Positions 34,269 through 43,696 of a stretch of DNA of 64,000 bases are shown here, piece after piece. Location: NCBI GenBank assembly GCA_049976505.1, contig JBMFIC010000003.1:25304-89303 (forward strand). The letters run 5' to 3'. Origin of the DNA: Nitrososphaeria archaeon. Lineage in GTDB: Archaea > Thermoproteota > Nitrososphaeria > Conexivisphaerales > UBA164. Each line of letters begins with the position of its first letter. The stretch's first letter is position 1. The notes below the pieces were generated by a model. It searched no databases. It saw only the letters and a program-made list of their open reading frames with translations, and had not been told where the DNA came from. A program made the position numbers and the translations under genes.

Positions 34269-34602
34269 GAACTGGTTATACCTGTACTCCACGACCGCCC
34301 TTTGAATGGTCTTCTTTGCCTTTGTTGGTATAACAGCTATAGTCCACGGAATAAGAAAGAGGGACGAAGCCGGGCCTCACGCGTTACCGCTTATAATAGC
34401 CGGTATAGTCGATGCGGCCGGCTTCCTGTACCTGTCATACCAGTTCCTGTTTCTCCCATATTATGGAATAAATGCTCTGTCCTGGGGCCTTATAATATTC
34501 TTCTGGGTGCTAGGCGCGCTGCTCTACCCGATATCCAAGAGCTACTTTGCGAGGAGAGGTCTGGACATAAGCCTGATATTCAAGGAGCTGCCTCCCGAGT
34601 AA
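34269..34602 (+). pseudogene. C-terminal ~110-codon fragment of an APC-family permease (in-frame TGA at 34303)
   Basis: NWLYLYSTTAL*MVFFAFVGITAIVHGIRKRD... aligns with the IWLYLI...ILGVKRRS... C-terminal region of paralog 35783..37264. Begins right at the IS right end. Confidence 0.5.
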
Positions 34603-34658
34603 TAGAGCTAAGCCTTTATCTATTTTTTATTTTTAGAGTCGTTAAGGGTTGAATTGAG

Positions 34659-35786
34659 CTACAGGCCGTAGGAATCGAAGACCTCGTTGACAGCCTTTAC
34701 AGCCCTCGTGATATCGGCATCAATGCCCAAATGGTTAAGAGCTGCCCCTAGGGCCGCGATGCCCTCCGCTACGAACGCCCTCTGCGCGGTATAGCCCATG
34801 TGACCAATTCTTATCAGCTTGTCTCTCAAGGGGCCCCAGGATCCCGCAAGCATGACGCCAAGCCTTCTCCAGGTAAAGTTAAGGACGTCATCAGGCTTTA
34901 CGGGCGAGTACACAGCAGTTACGGTGGGCGCCGAGTACCGCTCGTCCTTGACGAAGAGCTTAAGGCCCAGCGCCTTAATTCCCTCAACAGCAGCTTTGCC
35001 TGCAGCCTCGTGTCTTCTGTAAACGCGATCAAGGCCCTCCTGCAGCATGAGCTTAAGCGATTTATGCAGCGCCAGTATGTCGTTGGCCGCTGGCGTGTAC
35101 GGGAACATGCCCTGCGCCAGATTTTCATCCCATGCCTTTATGCTCATGTAATAGCCCCTGTAATTGGTCCTTTCAATAACCTCCTTTGCTCTCTTTGAGA
35201 CGGCAACGATTGCCAACCCAGGAGGCGAGCTGAACGCCTTCTGGCTGGCCATAAGGCATATGTCCACCCCGAGCTCTTCACAGTTTACCCTGACACCTCC
35301 AACGGCTGATACGGCGTCAACAATAAATAGCGGGCCCCTGCCCCTTATCTTCTCCGAAACGGAGACTATGTCGTTTATCAGGCCCGAGGGAGTTTCCACG
35401 TAAACAAACGTTACAGCCTTGTATTTTTCCACGTCCTCTATCAGCTCCGCATTAAAAGGCTCATCGTATGGCGAGCTTAGCACGTCGACAGATGCCCCGT
35501 ACCTTCTGGCCAGATCGGCAAACGATTCACCAAACACGCCGTTTGATAAGGCAAGGACCCTGTCACCCGGGGCTATGGTGTTGGCTATCGCTGCCTCAAG
35601 CCCAAGCATTCCCTCACCGCTCATTATGTAAACATCGCCGCTCATTCCTATCATGTTCCTTATCATGTCAGCCGTCTCCCTGTACGTTCTGAAGAACTCC
35701 TCATCAAGATCCGGGTTAACCGATCTGAGCATCTCCTTAAGCACCTCATAGTTCATCTCGGTTGGTCCCGGCGTCAGGATCGTCAT
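34659..35786 (-). CDS. Class-V aminotransferase (alanine/serine--glyoxylate/pyruvate aminotransferase type)
   Basis: 375 aa. ..SGEGMLGLEAA.., ..DAVSAVGG.., ..ASQKAFSSPPGLA.. (PLP-lysine motif). Confidence 0.8.
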   Translation of the reverse strand: MTILTPGPTEMNYEVLKEMLRSVNPDLDEEFFRTYRETADMIRNMIGMSGDVYIMSGEGMLGLEAAIANTIAPGDRVLALSNGVFGESFADLARRYGASVDVLSSPYDEPFNAELIEDVEKYKAVTFVYVETPSGLINDIVSVSEKIRGRGPLFIVDAVSAVGGVRVNCEELGVDICLMASQKAFSSPPGLAIVAVSKRAKEVIERTNYRGYYMSIKAWDENLAQGMFPYTPAANDILALHKSLKLMLQEGLDRVYRRHEAAGKAAVEGIKALGLKLFVKDERYSAPTVTAVYSPVKPDDVLNFTWRRLGVMLAGSWGPLRDKLIRIGHMGYTAQRAFVAEGIAALGAALNHLGIDADITRAVKAVNEVFDSYGL

Positions 35787-37264
35787 TCTCTGATCACCTC
35801 TGTCTCCTCCATAATCCTTATGGCCTCCTCAAAATAAAATCCACGCTTTTTCTTAGCCCACATGTCCCTGAGGACGTAATACAATGCCGCCGCTCCAGTC
35901 ACTCCAGCAACGACCTCGGCCGATATTCCTGAAGTGAATCCGAGCTGAGGGTATGCAATGTAGAGGTATGCGATGAAGGAATTCAGCAGAAGACCCGCCG
36001 CGCTAGCTCCGATAATTCTGTTCGATCTTCTTTTAACGCCCAAGATCACTCCGGCAAGCATAGTGAAAATCCACGTCATCTGGGTTGCAAAGACGACAGA
36101 CACAAAATAAGGTCCTATTGCAGGAACAAAAACTATAAGATATAACCATATCAGGGACAGGACAAGCCCGAATACAGCAGCCGGCACAGGGGACCTGCTC
36201 CTGTCGCTGACGACCGATAGAGAGGACGGCAGGATCCCGTCGAGAGCCTGCGAAAGCACAACCCTCGAGGCACCTATCATTATAGCTATTATGACCTGAA
36301 ACATCGAGGCTATGGCTCCCACCGATAGAAGCAGAAAAAGGATGGGGTTTGGCCTCAGGAAGATCATCATGGCAGTATAATAGGGGCCTCCAACGTAGCT
36401 GTAAATGCCGCTCATGTTGCCTGAGTACCAGTCCTTTGAGATCCTGCTTATGTACTCATAGCCGAGGCTTGCCTTCAGTCCCTCCCAGAGGGCGATGACG
36501 AACATCACATTAAGCACGGCAGCAGCTGACATGGCAATAAAGTACTTTCTGCTTCTGACCTCCATTATCTCCTCGTTGTTCATCACAGACCACATACCAT
36601 AACCAAGGGCACCCCAGCCAAGGGACCAGGTTCCAACCGTCTCCCACAGGGACCTGTATGAGGTCGGAAAGCCGATCGTCACGGCATACCTGACATGTGA
36701 AAACGCTATCAGAATTGCGGAAAATCCGCCCAGAACCATAAGCGCAAATAGGGCCTTCTGGGCCTTGACGTACAGATCAAGGCCCTTCACAACTATTCCG
36801 AACGCCAGAACGAACAGAGCGACGGTTAAGCCAAAGACAGAGTACGGCGATGAAATGACCTCGATCAGATACGGGCTTACGTTTAAGTAGTAAATCGTGG
36901 GGATCAGAACAACGTCAACAATATAGTACCCGAACCATGCCAGGAAGAAGAACTGCCAAAGGACCCATCCGGTAAAGGTCGTAACGAATCCCACCCCAGG
37001 ATTTATGAGCCTGCTCTGGAACACGTAGTCTCCTCCAGCAAGGGGCATCTCCCTGCTCAGAGTGTAATAGCTGTAGAAGAAGGGAATCGAAACCGCTAGC
37101 ATCGACAGGGTTCCAAAGAGAATGCTTCCCTCAGGAAAGGCCACAGGCTGGAAAGCGTAGAGCAAAAACCACATCATAGAGAAGAACGATATAGTAAGAG
37201 AATTATACATGAAAACGTCAGAAAGCTTCATGGATTTTCTGAGGCCAGAGGCTCTTCTTTCCAT
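35783..37264 (-). CDS. APC-superfamily amino-acid permease (intact paralog)
   Basis: 493 aa, ~12 predicted hydrophobic segments. Overlaps the aminotransferase start by 4 nt. Confidence 0.8.
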   Translation of the reverse strand: MERRASGLRKSMKLSDVFMYNSLTISFFSMMWFLLYAFQPVAFPEGSILFGTLSMLAVSIPFFYSYYTLSREMPLAGGDYVFQSRLINPGVGFVTTFTGWVLWQFFFLAWFGYYIVDVVLIPTIYYLNVSPYLIEVISSPYSVFGLTVALFVLAFGIVVKGLDLYVKAQKALFALMVLGGFSAILIAFSHVRYAVTIGFPTSYRSLWETVGTWSLGWGALGYGMWSVMNNEEIMEVRSRKYFIAMSAAAVLNVMFVIALWEGLKASLGYEYISRISKDWYSGNMSGIYSYVGGPYYTAMMIFLRPNPILFLLLSVGAIASMFQVIIAIMIGASRVVLSQALDGILPSSLSVVSDRSRSPVPAAVFGLVLSLIWLYLIVFVPAIGPYFVSVVFATQMTWIFTMLAGVILGVKRRSNRIIGASAAGLLLNSFIAYLYIAYPQLGFTSGISAEVVAGVTGAAALYYVLRDMWAKKKRGFYFEEAIRIMEETEVIRE

Positions 37265-37427
37265 AAATTAGGCTCTAGAGCCGCTATATATAAAAAATCG
37301 TTTATATATAAATTATAAGTTATGCATAAAAATGGTTAGTCATGCGTTTAATTATTTCGTAATCATCCTTCCTTGTCTCGTATTTGATCGAAAAAGTTTA
37401 TTAAAGTCAGGCTTTTAAAGCGCTGCG

Positions 37428-38366
37428 ATGTCCCCGGATGAGGCCCAGTCTTCAGAGGTCAAGGCCAAGAAGTATGATCAGGGCTTAGTCAAGGGGCTCT
37501 CTGACTTTGATCTTCTGATGCTGGTTATAGGCTCAGTTCTCGGGGGCTCATGGCTGTTTGGGGCGTATTACTCGGCCATGTATGTGGGCCCGGCCTCCAT
37601 CCTTTCGTGGATAATTGGAGGGGCGCTTCTGATCTTTGTAGCGATAGTGTGGGCCGAGGTTGGATCCATATTCCCGAAATCAGGGGGGCTTGTAAGAATT
37701 CCGCAGTACACAAGCGGCACATTTGCCTCTTTTGTTATGGGCTGGGCGTACCTCCTGGGCATAATAACAGTTGCGCCAACTGAAACGCTGGGGGCCGTTC
37801 AGTATCTCTCTTCCTTTATCCCAGGGATATTCGTTAACGGCACGATAACGCTCAAGGGAGGACTGATAACGTTTGCGCTTCTGACCGTCTTCTTCTTTCT
37901 CAACTACTTTGGGGTGAAGCTCTTTGGAAAAGTAAACGATTCCTTTGGAGTCTGGAAGCTCATAATACCCACGATGGCGGTGATTCTGCTTATTGCATTT
38001 TATCCACACCCTGAGAACTTCACATCGCTGCCCGGAGGCTTTGCTCCTTACGGATACTCCTCCATGTTCCTTGCTGTTTCCGCAGGCGGAATAATTTACT
38101 CGTATCTTGGATTCAGGGAGTCAATAGATTATGCTGGCGAGTCGAAAAACCCGGAAAGGGCGATCCCGCTCTCAACGATAGGAGGTTTGGTGATCATGAT
38201 GATCCTGTATGTGCTCATTCAGGTAGCATTTATTGCTGGCCTTGACTGGAAGGCCTTGGGTCTGAGCCCCGGTGACTGGTCGGGCCTGCAGAGCACAGTT
38301 CTGTCGAACGGCCCGTTCTTTGAAATATTCAGGCTTTCCGGCATAGCGATACTGGTTGCATTTACA
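37428..38366 (+). pseudogene. APC-family amino-acid permease, 5' part (313 codons), interrupted by IS copy 2
   Basis: ORF 37428..38375 terminates 3 codons inside the IS left end. The permease frame resumes at 39851. Confidence 0.75.
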
Positions 38367-38447
38367 CTTAGCTAAAGCCTCGCCTTTTCAAGGCGGGGAT
38401 GATCAACACATAAAACATTTATAAGTACTTTTTTAAATTTTATTTTC

Positions 38448-39802
38448 ATGGCGAAGGCCGGTCAACTTGATGCTGGTGGGGTGCCTGAGCCGACTCCTCA
38501 GGCTATACCGGCCGTCGCCGAAAACACAGTTGAGGTAAAGCCCAGCAATAAAAGGACTAACAAAGTACGCTTATTGCCGAAAGGAAGCATAGAAAGAAAG
38601 TTCAGAAAGCTCGGAGATTTATTCGCAAAGGCTTTCAACGAGCTGAACTACATGAGAAGGCAGCAGTTCTTTTCAGGGCAGAAGATAGACTTTGAAGGAA
38701 CGGCAAAAACAATATACGAAAAATACAAAAGCCTGTTAGGATCGGCAAACGTCCAGCAACTGATCAAGAAGAACAATGAAGCTTGGCTCTCATACTTCAG
38801 CTTGCTCAAGGCAAGGAAGGAGGAAAGCTTCCTGGCTGGCTCAATCCTAAGCCTCCAGGCTACATGAAGGAAGACAGGAAGAGGAAGCTTTTGCTCGTAA
38901 TAAGGAACGACAGTTATGCAGTGGATGAGCAGAACAAAGCCATTTTCCTGAAGTGGTTTAACATAAAAATTCCTTTCGCTGGACGTCTGCAGTGGTACGG
39001 GAAGCAGGGCAGGCTCGAAATACACTACGATGAAACTAAACAGGCGTGGTACGCATCAATTCCAGTTGAAGTTGGAGCCGAAACGACAAGAAAAATCGTG
39101 AAAGGAAAAAGAAAGGAAGTCCAGAAAGAGAAGCCTATAGGAGAGAAAAGCGCCTCGATCGATCTCGGAATAAACATGCTCGCTTCAGCTGTCATTTCGG
39201 ATGGCACATGGTTGCTTTATAAGGGAACGAGGGCAAAGGAGGACTTTTTCTACCTGCAGAAAAAGGTTTCAGAGGTTAAGTCGCTTGAAGACCGAGCAAA
39301 AAATCTAAAGCTAACAGAATGGTCTGAGGAGCTCAGGCTTGAGAGGAGGAGGCTTGAAGGGAAATTGAAGCGAAGAGAAGCTCACCTGTACAGAACATTG
39401 GCATCGCACCTAATTAGAAAGCTCTGGTCTCTTGGTGTTTCAGCACTGTACATCGGCTATCCCTATGAAATTGCTCAGGAGAAAGGAAACAAGCTCACTG
39501 AGAACTTATGGTCATATCGCGAGCTGATGGACGCAGTTGAGCTTGAGGCTCAGGAGTACGGAATGAAAGTATACGAGGTTATTGAGCACAGCACCTCAAG
39601 GCTCTGCGCGTATCACGATGCTGAAGTAACCCGAAGCCCAAGAGGAGTAATCAGGTGTCCTCTTGGGCACAGGCTTCACTCTGATCTAAACGGCGCGCTG
39701 AACATACTGAAGAAGGCAACAGGCTTGATAGTCCAGGGCACTGCAAGACCGCTTTCATATCTGGTGTTTCATGACGGAGTAGCTCCCGTTAAAGGGGAGT
39801 AA
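38448..39802 (+). pseudogene. tnpB: tnpB, frameshifted at a different position from copy 1
   Basis: ORFs 38448..38867 and 38783..39802. SIDLGIN, YEVIEHSTSRLC, CAYH..CPLGH and HSDLNGALNI are all present. One nt is missing around 38806-38820 (AAGGAAGGAGGAAAGC) relative to copy 1. Confidence 0.8.
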
Positions 39803-39850
39803 CCCTCGAGACCTCGGGAACCCCGCTCTGAAGGGCGGAGAGGAGGTCAG
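39680..39850 (+). ncRNA. Putative omega (RE-derived) guide RNA scaffold of TnpB, copy 2
   Basis: Same conserved block as copy 1 (39752-39805 identical), ending in GAGGAGGTCAG at 39850. The 5' boundary is not determinable. Confidence 0.4.
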
Positions 39851-40336
39851 TTTGTTTATTCCGCGAGAAAATACGGAAGAAAGCTGTCGGTGGCGCTCTC
39901 ATCTTCAGCTGTTTACCTGGCCGTCCTTTTCCTCATAACTTACTTCCTCGCATATCGGAGCATAGCGCTTCCCTACTCGGAAAGCATATCGGAGCAGATA
40001 GGCTTCATATTTCCATTCCTTGAGTTCTGGAGCGCCCTTGTGGTTCTGCTGATCGCCTACATCTCTGTGAACTATTACGCAATAAACGAAAATGGAAGAA
40101 AACATGTGAGGTCAGGGCTGTGGATAGTAGCGCTGCTGGTTGCTTTGATTCTGATCTCGTTCTTTGGGCCCTACGGTCCTCTTGAGTCGCCTCTTATAAC
40201 CTTCCCTGAGGACAACTTGGTTGCTATAGCCATCGGGATCATCTTTTACCTGTGGTCGGTCAGGGTCTCCTTCTTCACGGAGGACCTTGAAGCGGTGCTA
40301 AGCGAGTACAGGGAAAGCGCCAAAAAACCGAACTAA
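39851..40336 (+). pseudogene. APC-family amino-acid permease, 3' part (161 codons)
   Basis: The frame is open from 39851 (FVYSARKYGRKLSVALSS...) through ORF 39890..40336. Hydrophobic TM pattern. Confidence 0.7.
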
Positions 40337-40380
40337 TCGCCTGCGCTAATGCTTTTATGCGCCTGCAACCAATACAGTTC

Positions 40381-41073
40381 ATGTTAAAGTACTCGATAGA
40401 AGGAAACGATTTCCAGCATCTGAGAGTAACTCTTGAGCCGGGTGAGAGGATATACGTGGACGGGGGCCATCTTATATCAAAGGATTCCAGCGTAGCCATG
40501 AGAACGGTGATGCAGGGAGGATTTCTTTCAGCGTTAAAGAGGACATTAACAGGAAGCACATTTTTCGTTACTGAGCTTGAGGGACCAGGCGATGCGGTCC
40601 TTGCAGACGTGTTTCCTGGAAAGGTGTTCGAGGTTGACCTAAACGGGAACTCGGTGCTGGCCGAGTCACATTCTTTCCTGGCTGCAGAGGAGGGCGTTAA
40701 CTACGATGCTAAGATGGTAGGAATAGGGGCCGGCATACTCGCTGGGGAGGGCCTCTTCTTCGCGAGGTTCAGCGGGCACGGAAGGCTCTTCCTTCACGCC
40801 TATGGCGGCCTTGTTGTAAGGGAGCTAAGACCAAACGAAAGGATCTAGGTTGAGGCAGGGCATCTTCTTGCGTTTGACGATGGAATGAAGTACTCTGTAT
40901 CCACCGTCGGGGGAATAAGGTCGATGCTTTTCTCTCATGAAGGGTGGTTCTTCGTGAGCCTAGAGGGTCCCGGAAGAGCTTATCTTCACACCGTGACGGC
41001 CCAGCAGCTCGCCTACGTTATTGAGCCATTTCTGCCAAGACAGGGAGGCGGGGGTATTCAGATAAGCTTCTAA
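40381..41073 (+). pseudogene. AIM24/DUF124 (TIGR00266-like) family gene interrupted by a single in-frame TAG
   Basis: ORFs 40357..40848 and 40885..41073 are in the same frame. ..LRPNERI*VEAGHLLAF parallels the internal repeat ..LEPGERIYVDGGHLIS, so TAG at 40846-40848 replaces a Tyr codon. Confidence 0.65.
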
Positions 41074-41132
41074 ATGGGCAGAGCTCCGCCCGTTTAAAAG
41101 GCCTAAGATAAAATAAAATAAGAAGGATGTTT

Positions 41133-41666
41133 TTATGAAATTTGGGTCGCGGTTATTACCGGGGAGAGAATGTACTGTCCCCGTCCGTTTTGTATGAGGT
41201 GAGGTCCTATAAGTATCTCCAGCTTTGCCGTCTTGCCTCCCTGCACTTTGAGCCCTCCTGGAACTATTGGAATCTTGATTACGCCGCTGGGAACGGTAAC
41301 TGTCACGTTAACTCCAGCTATGGTAACTGTCGCGGAGCTTATAACGAGCCTGACTTCAGTATAGTTGCCTGGAGGTATTGATGCTGAGGCAAGGAAGGAG
41401 AGGTTAGACGATAGAAGCACTGTCTTCGTCTGGTTTGAGACGGTTATCCACTGGCCGCTCTTTGAGTGAAGCATAATAGATGAAATGGTAAGATAGATTG
41501 GATCTGCGTTGCCCGTAGTCACGTAGATGTCTACCGTTCCGTGCGAAGCAACATAATAATAGTATCCTCCGGCCGCAGCAATTACTATTATTGCGATTAT
41601 GCCCAGAGCTACGCCCGTGTTCATATCACTGTTTTTGAACGGATAAAAATAAGCTCTTCGCATCAA
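41133..41666 (-). CDS. Membrane-anchored extracellular protein, DUF4382-like
   Basis: N-terminal TM (GVALGIIAIIVIAAAGGYYYY), then a beta-rich domain with PGNYTEVRLVISSATVTIAG..VTVPSGVIKI pattern. Start may be the ATG at 41624. Confidence 0.45.
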   Translation of the reverse strand: MMRRAYFYPFKNSDMNTGVALGIIAIIVIAAAGGYYYYVASHGTVDIYVTTGNADPIYLTISSIMLHSKSGQWITVSNQTKTVLLSSNLSFLASASIPPGNYTEVRLVISSATVTIAGVNVTVTVPSGVIKIPIVPGGLKVQGGKTAKLEILIGPHLIQNGRGQYILSPVITATQIS

Positions 41667-41681
41667 CCATTTACTTTTTCG

Positions 41682-42551
41682 TTAGAGCGCGCTCATAATA
41701 GAATTTATGATTATCAGAACAAACACGATGCCTAGATAAAGATTCGAAAATATAAATAGCTTCTTGGAGTCTCCCTCTATGTCCGAGCTAACAAGGAGCT
41801 TTATTGAGAGATAAAGTATCACGAGGCCAGCGGCCACCATAATAACCGAAAAAATTGTGCTCATGAACTTGAGCGCATATGAAAATGCGACCGCAAACAA
41901 CATGACCGCCGATGCGGCTATCGCATAGGACGCGCTTCTTACCCCTTTAACCACGGGCAACATGGGCACGTTAGCGTTGCGGTAATCCTCCCTGTACTTT
42001 ATAGCTATGCTCCATATATGAACTGGCGTCCAAATTATGATAAGAAGCATAAGAAGAAACGGCGCAGGCGCGAAGAGGATTCCGGAGGCTAAGCTGTACC
42101 CAGCCATCACGGGTGTACCGCCTGCTATTGATCCTATCAGTATGTTGTAATACGTTCTCCTCTTGCTCAGGAAATTATAAAGAACCGGATCAAATATGAC
42201 CCCCATAACGATCCAGAAAAGCTCGTAAATGCTGGAATACAGCGCCAGTAGGAGACCTACTGAAAGGACCACGAAGGAAAACCTCAGTGCCTCCTGCGGG
42301 GTTAGCTTTCCTGATGGAAGCGCCCTGTTGCAGGTTCTTTTCATTTTGGCGTCTATGTCCCTGTCTATGTAGTTTGAAAGAGCGTTCGCGCCAGCTATTG
42401 AAAGGTAAAGGCCTATCATTCCAACAAGGAATCGAAAAACGTGCGCAGCAATGGGCCTGAGGGCCATAAATGCACCAGTAATGCCTCCCAGGAAGAGGAG
42501 GAAGGAGACCTGAGGCTTTGTGAGGTTTAGATAAGCGCCGGGCTTTCCCAT
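41682..42551 (-). CDS. ctaB: Protoheme IX farnesyltransferase (heme O synthase, UbiA family)
   Basis: 289 aa. NALSNYIDRDIDAKMKRTCNRALPSG (NxxxDxxxD UbiA motif), polytopic. Confidence 0.85.
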   Translation of the reverse strand: MGKPGAYLNLTKPQVSFLLFLGGITGAFMALRPIAAHVFRFLVGMIGLYLSIAGANALSNYIDRDIDAKMKRTCNRALPSGKLTPQEALRFSFVVLSVGLLLALYSSIYELFWIVMGVIFDPVLYNFLSKRRTYYNILIGSIAGGTPVMAGYSLASGILFAPAPFLLMLLIIIWTPVHIWSIAIKYREDYRNANVPMLPVVKGVRSASYAIAASAVMLFAVAFSYALKFMSTIFSVIMVAAGLVILYLSIKLLVSSDIEGDSKKLFIFSNLYLGIVFVLIIINSIMSAL

Positions 42552-42596
42552 TCGAAGCTCTTAAGAGCTGATCAAAGATAACCTTTTCCCAGAAAG

Positions 42597-42671
42597 TGGG
42601 CCGGGCCGGATTCGAACCGGCGACCTCCGCCGTGTGAGGGCGACGTGCTAACCAGGCTACACCACCGGCCC
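42597..42671 (-). tRNA. tRNA-Val (CAC)
   Basis: Reverse complement GGGCCGG-TG-GTGT..AGCAC-G-TCGCC-CTCACAC-GGCGG-AGGTC-GCCGG-TTCGAAT-CCGGC-CCGGCCC-A. CCA is not encoded. Confidence 0.9.
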
Positions 42672-42708
42672 TGTAATCTTTCATTTTTAGATCCGTATAA
42701 AAGCGTTT

Positions 42709-43632
42709 CTAGTCCCCCTTTTCCTCCTTGCCCTTTCCCCTGAACAGCTCAAAGTGCTTGGGAGGAGGCTTCTCTCTTTCATATAGCTCCTTTCTCTTTG
42801 CCTCAAGCAGGCTATCCTCTCTGCCCAGCAGTGATGCGTACGTCGTGTAGCTGATTCCCTCAGGGAGCGCTTCTTTCCAGTTCGTGCTCCTTAAAAGATG
42901 ATGCGCTATGATGAGCTGATCCGGCTTTGTCCTTTTAACGATCTCCTGCAGAAGCTCTTTTGAAAGCTTCAGATCATCCTCATCGAACGCGTAGCCAAGC
43001 AAATAGTAGGGAAATCCTCCCACGATGATAACATCGGGTTTAGTTTCAGTGGCAAACTTGACCGCGGCCTTGGATAGCGGGCCCTGAACATCAGGAAGAT
43101 AGGTCATCGAATAGCCCTTGTGCTTTATGGAGATCCCGATGACGTAGCCCGTCCTGCTTCCTTCCCTGCCATGCGGTATGGGGTCCGAGATCCTGATCTT
43201 TACCTTACCGGCATTAATCGTCATGCCGTCAGCGAATATCCATTCCCTGGCCATGGATGAGGCGCTTTTGTGCAACATGTATCCGCGCACCCTTTGGCTG
43301 TAGTTTGCGCTTTTGAAATCCTTGGCAAGAACTACCTTTCCAGAGTATATGTTTTCGCCCCTGGTTCCCATGTACACGCTGCTGTAAGTTGGCGTGTAGT
43401 GGTCCCTGTGATAGTGAGAAATAAAGAGATATTCGGCGTTCTCAAGCTCCTTCTCAAGCCTCCTTCTGAACTCAGCAAGCGCCTCAAGCTCCCGTGGATG
43501 GGGTGGAAGACCATACCTTCTGGGCGCAAGGCTTGCGCCCGGATCAAGTATGATCTCCGTTCCGTCCGCATCGACCTTAATGCACATTGACCTTATCCCC
43601 AGGGATTCCTCCCCCAGCGGAGTTATCCTCAA
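42709..43632 (-). CDS. Metallo-beta-lactamase-fold protein (archaeal UPF0282-like)
   Basis: 307 aa. ..ILDPGASL.., FISHYHRDHY (HxHxDH). Confidence 0.6.
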   Translation of the reverse strand: MRITPLGEESLGIRSMCIKVDADGTEIILDPGASLAPRRYGLPPHPRELEALAEFRRRLEKELENAEYLFISHYHRDHYTPTYSSVYMGTRGENIYSGKVVLAKDFKSANYSQRVRGYMLHKSASSMAREWIFADGMTINAGKVKIRISDPIPHGREGSRTGYVIGISIKHKGYSMTYLPDVQGPLSKAAVKFATETKPDVIIVGGFPYYLLGYAFDEDDLKLSKELLQEIVKRTKPDQLIIAHHLLRSTNWKEALPEGISYTTYASLLGREDSLLEAKRKELYEREKPPPKHFELFRGKGKEEKGD

Positions 43633-43696
43633 GACAAGATGCTCATGCTCTCATCTTAAATATAAAATTATTAAGGCGGGAATTCTAATCGGTTAT

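Larger units (their letters stand above)
38367..39850 (+). mobile_element. IS200/IS605-family, TnpB-only element, copy 2 (no tnpA)
   Basis: Left end CTTAGCTAAAGCCTCGCC-TTTTCAA-GGCGGGG hairpin, preceded by TTACA. Right end CCGCTC-TGAA-GGGCGG hairpin plus AGAGGAGGTCAG. Removing 38367..39850 fuses the two permease halves in frame. Confidence 0.75.

Noticed and set aside
34302-34652. 116-aa ORF overlapping the permease C-terminal fragment in another frame.
   Set aside because: The alternative frame (34306..34602) aligns with the C-terminus of the intact permease paralog. This frame has no such support.
40846-40848. Reading the in-frame TAG of the AIM24-family gene as pyrrolysine.
   Set aside because: No pyl genes or methylamine methyltransferases occur in the window. 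The aligned internal repeat indicates a Tyr codon mutated by one base. A nonsense mutation or sequencing error is more parsimonious.
41074-41132. GGGCAGAGCTCCGCCC downstream of the AIM24 gene, considered as another IS hairpin relic.
   Set aside because: Only a 4-bp stem and no AGGAGGTCAG tail or AGCTAAAGCC head. More likely an ordinary convergent-terminator region.
42190-42684. 164-aa minus-strand ORF spanning tRNA-Val and the 5' end of ctaB.
   Set aside because: It overlaps a confidently folded tRNA and the UbiA-family gene in another frame, so it is spurious.
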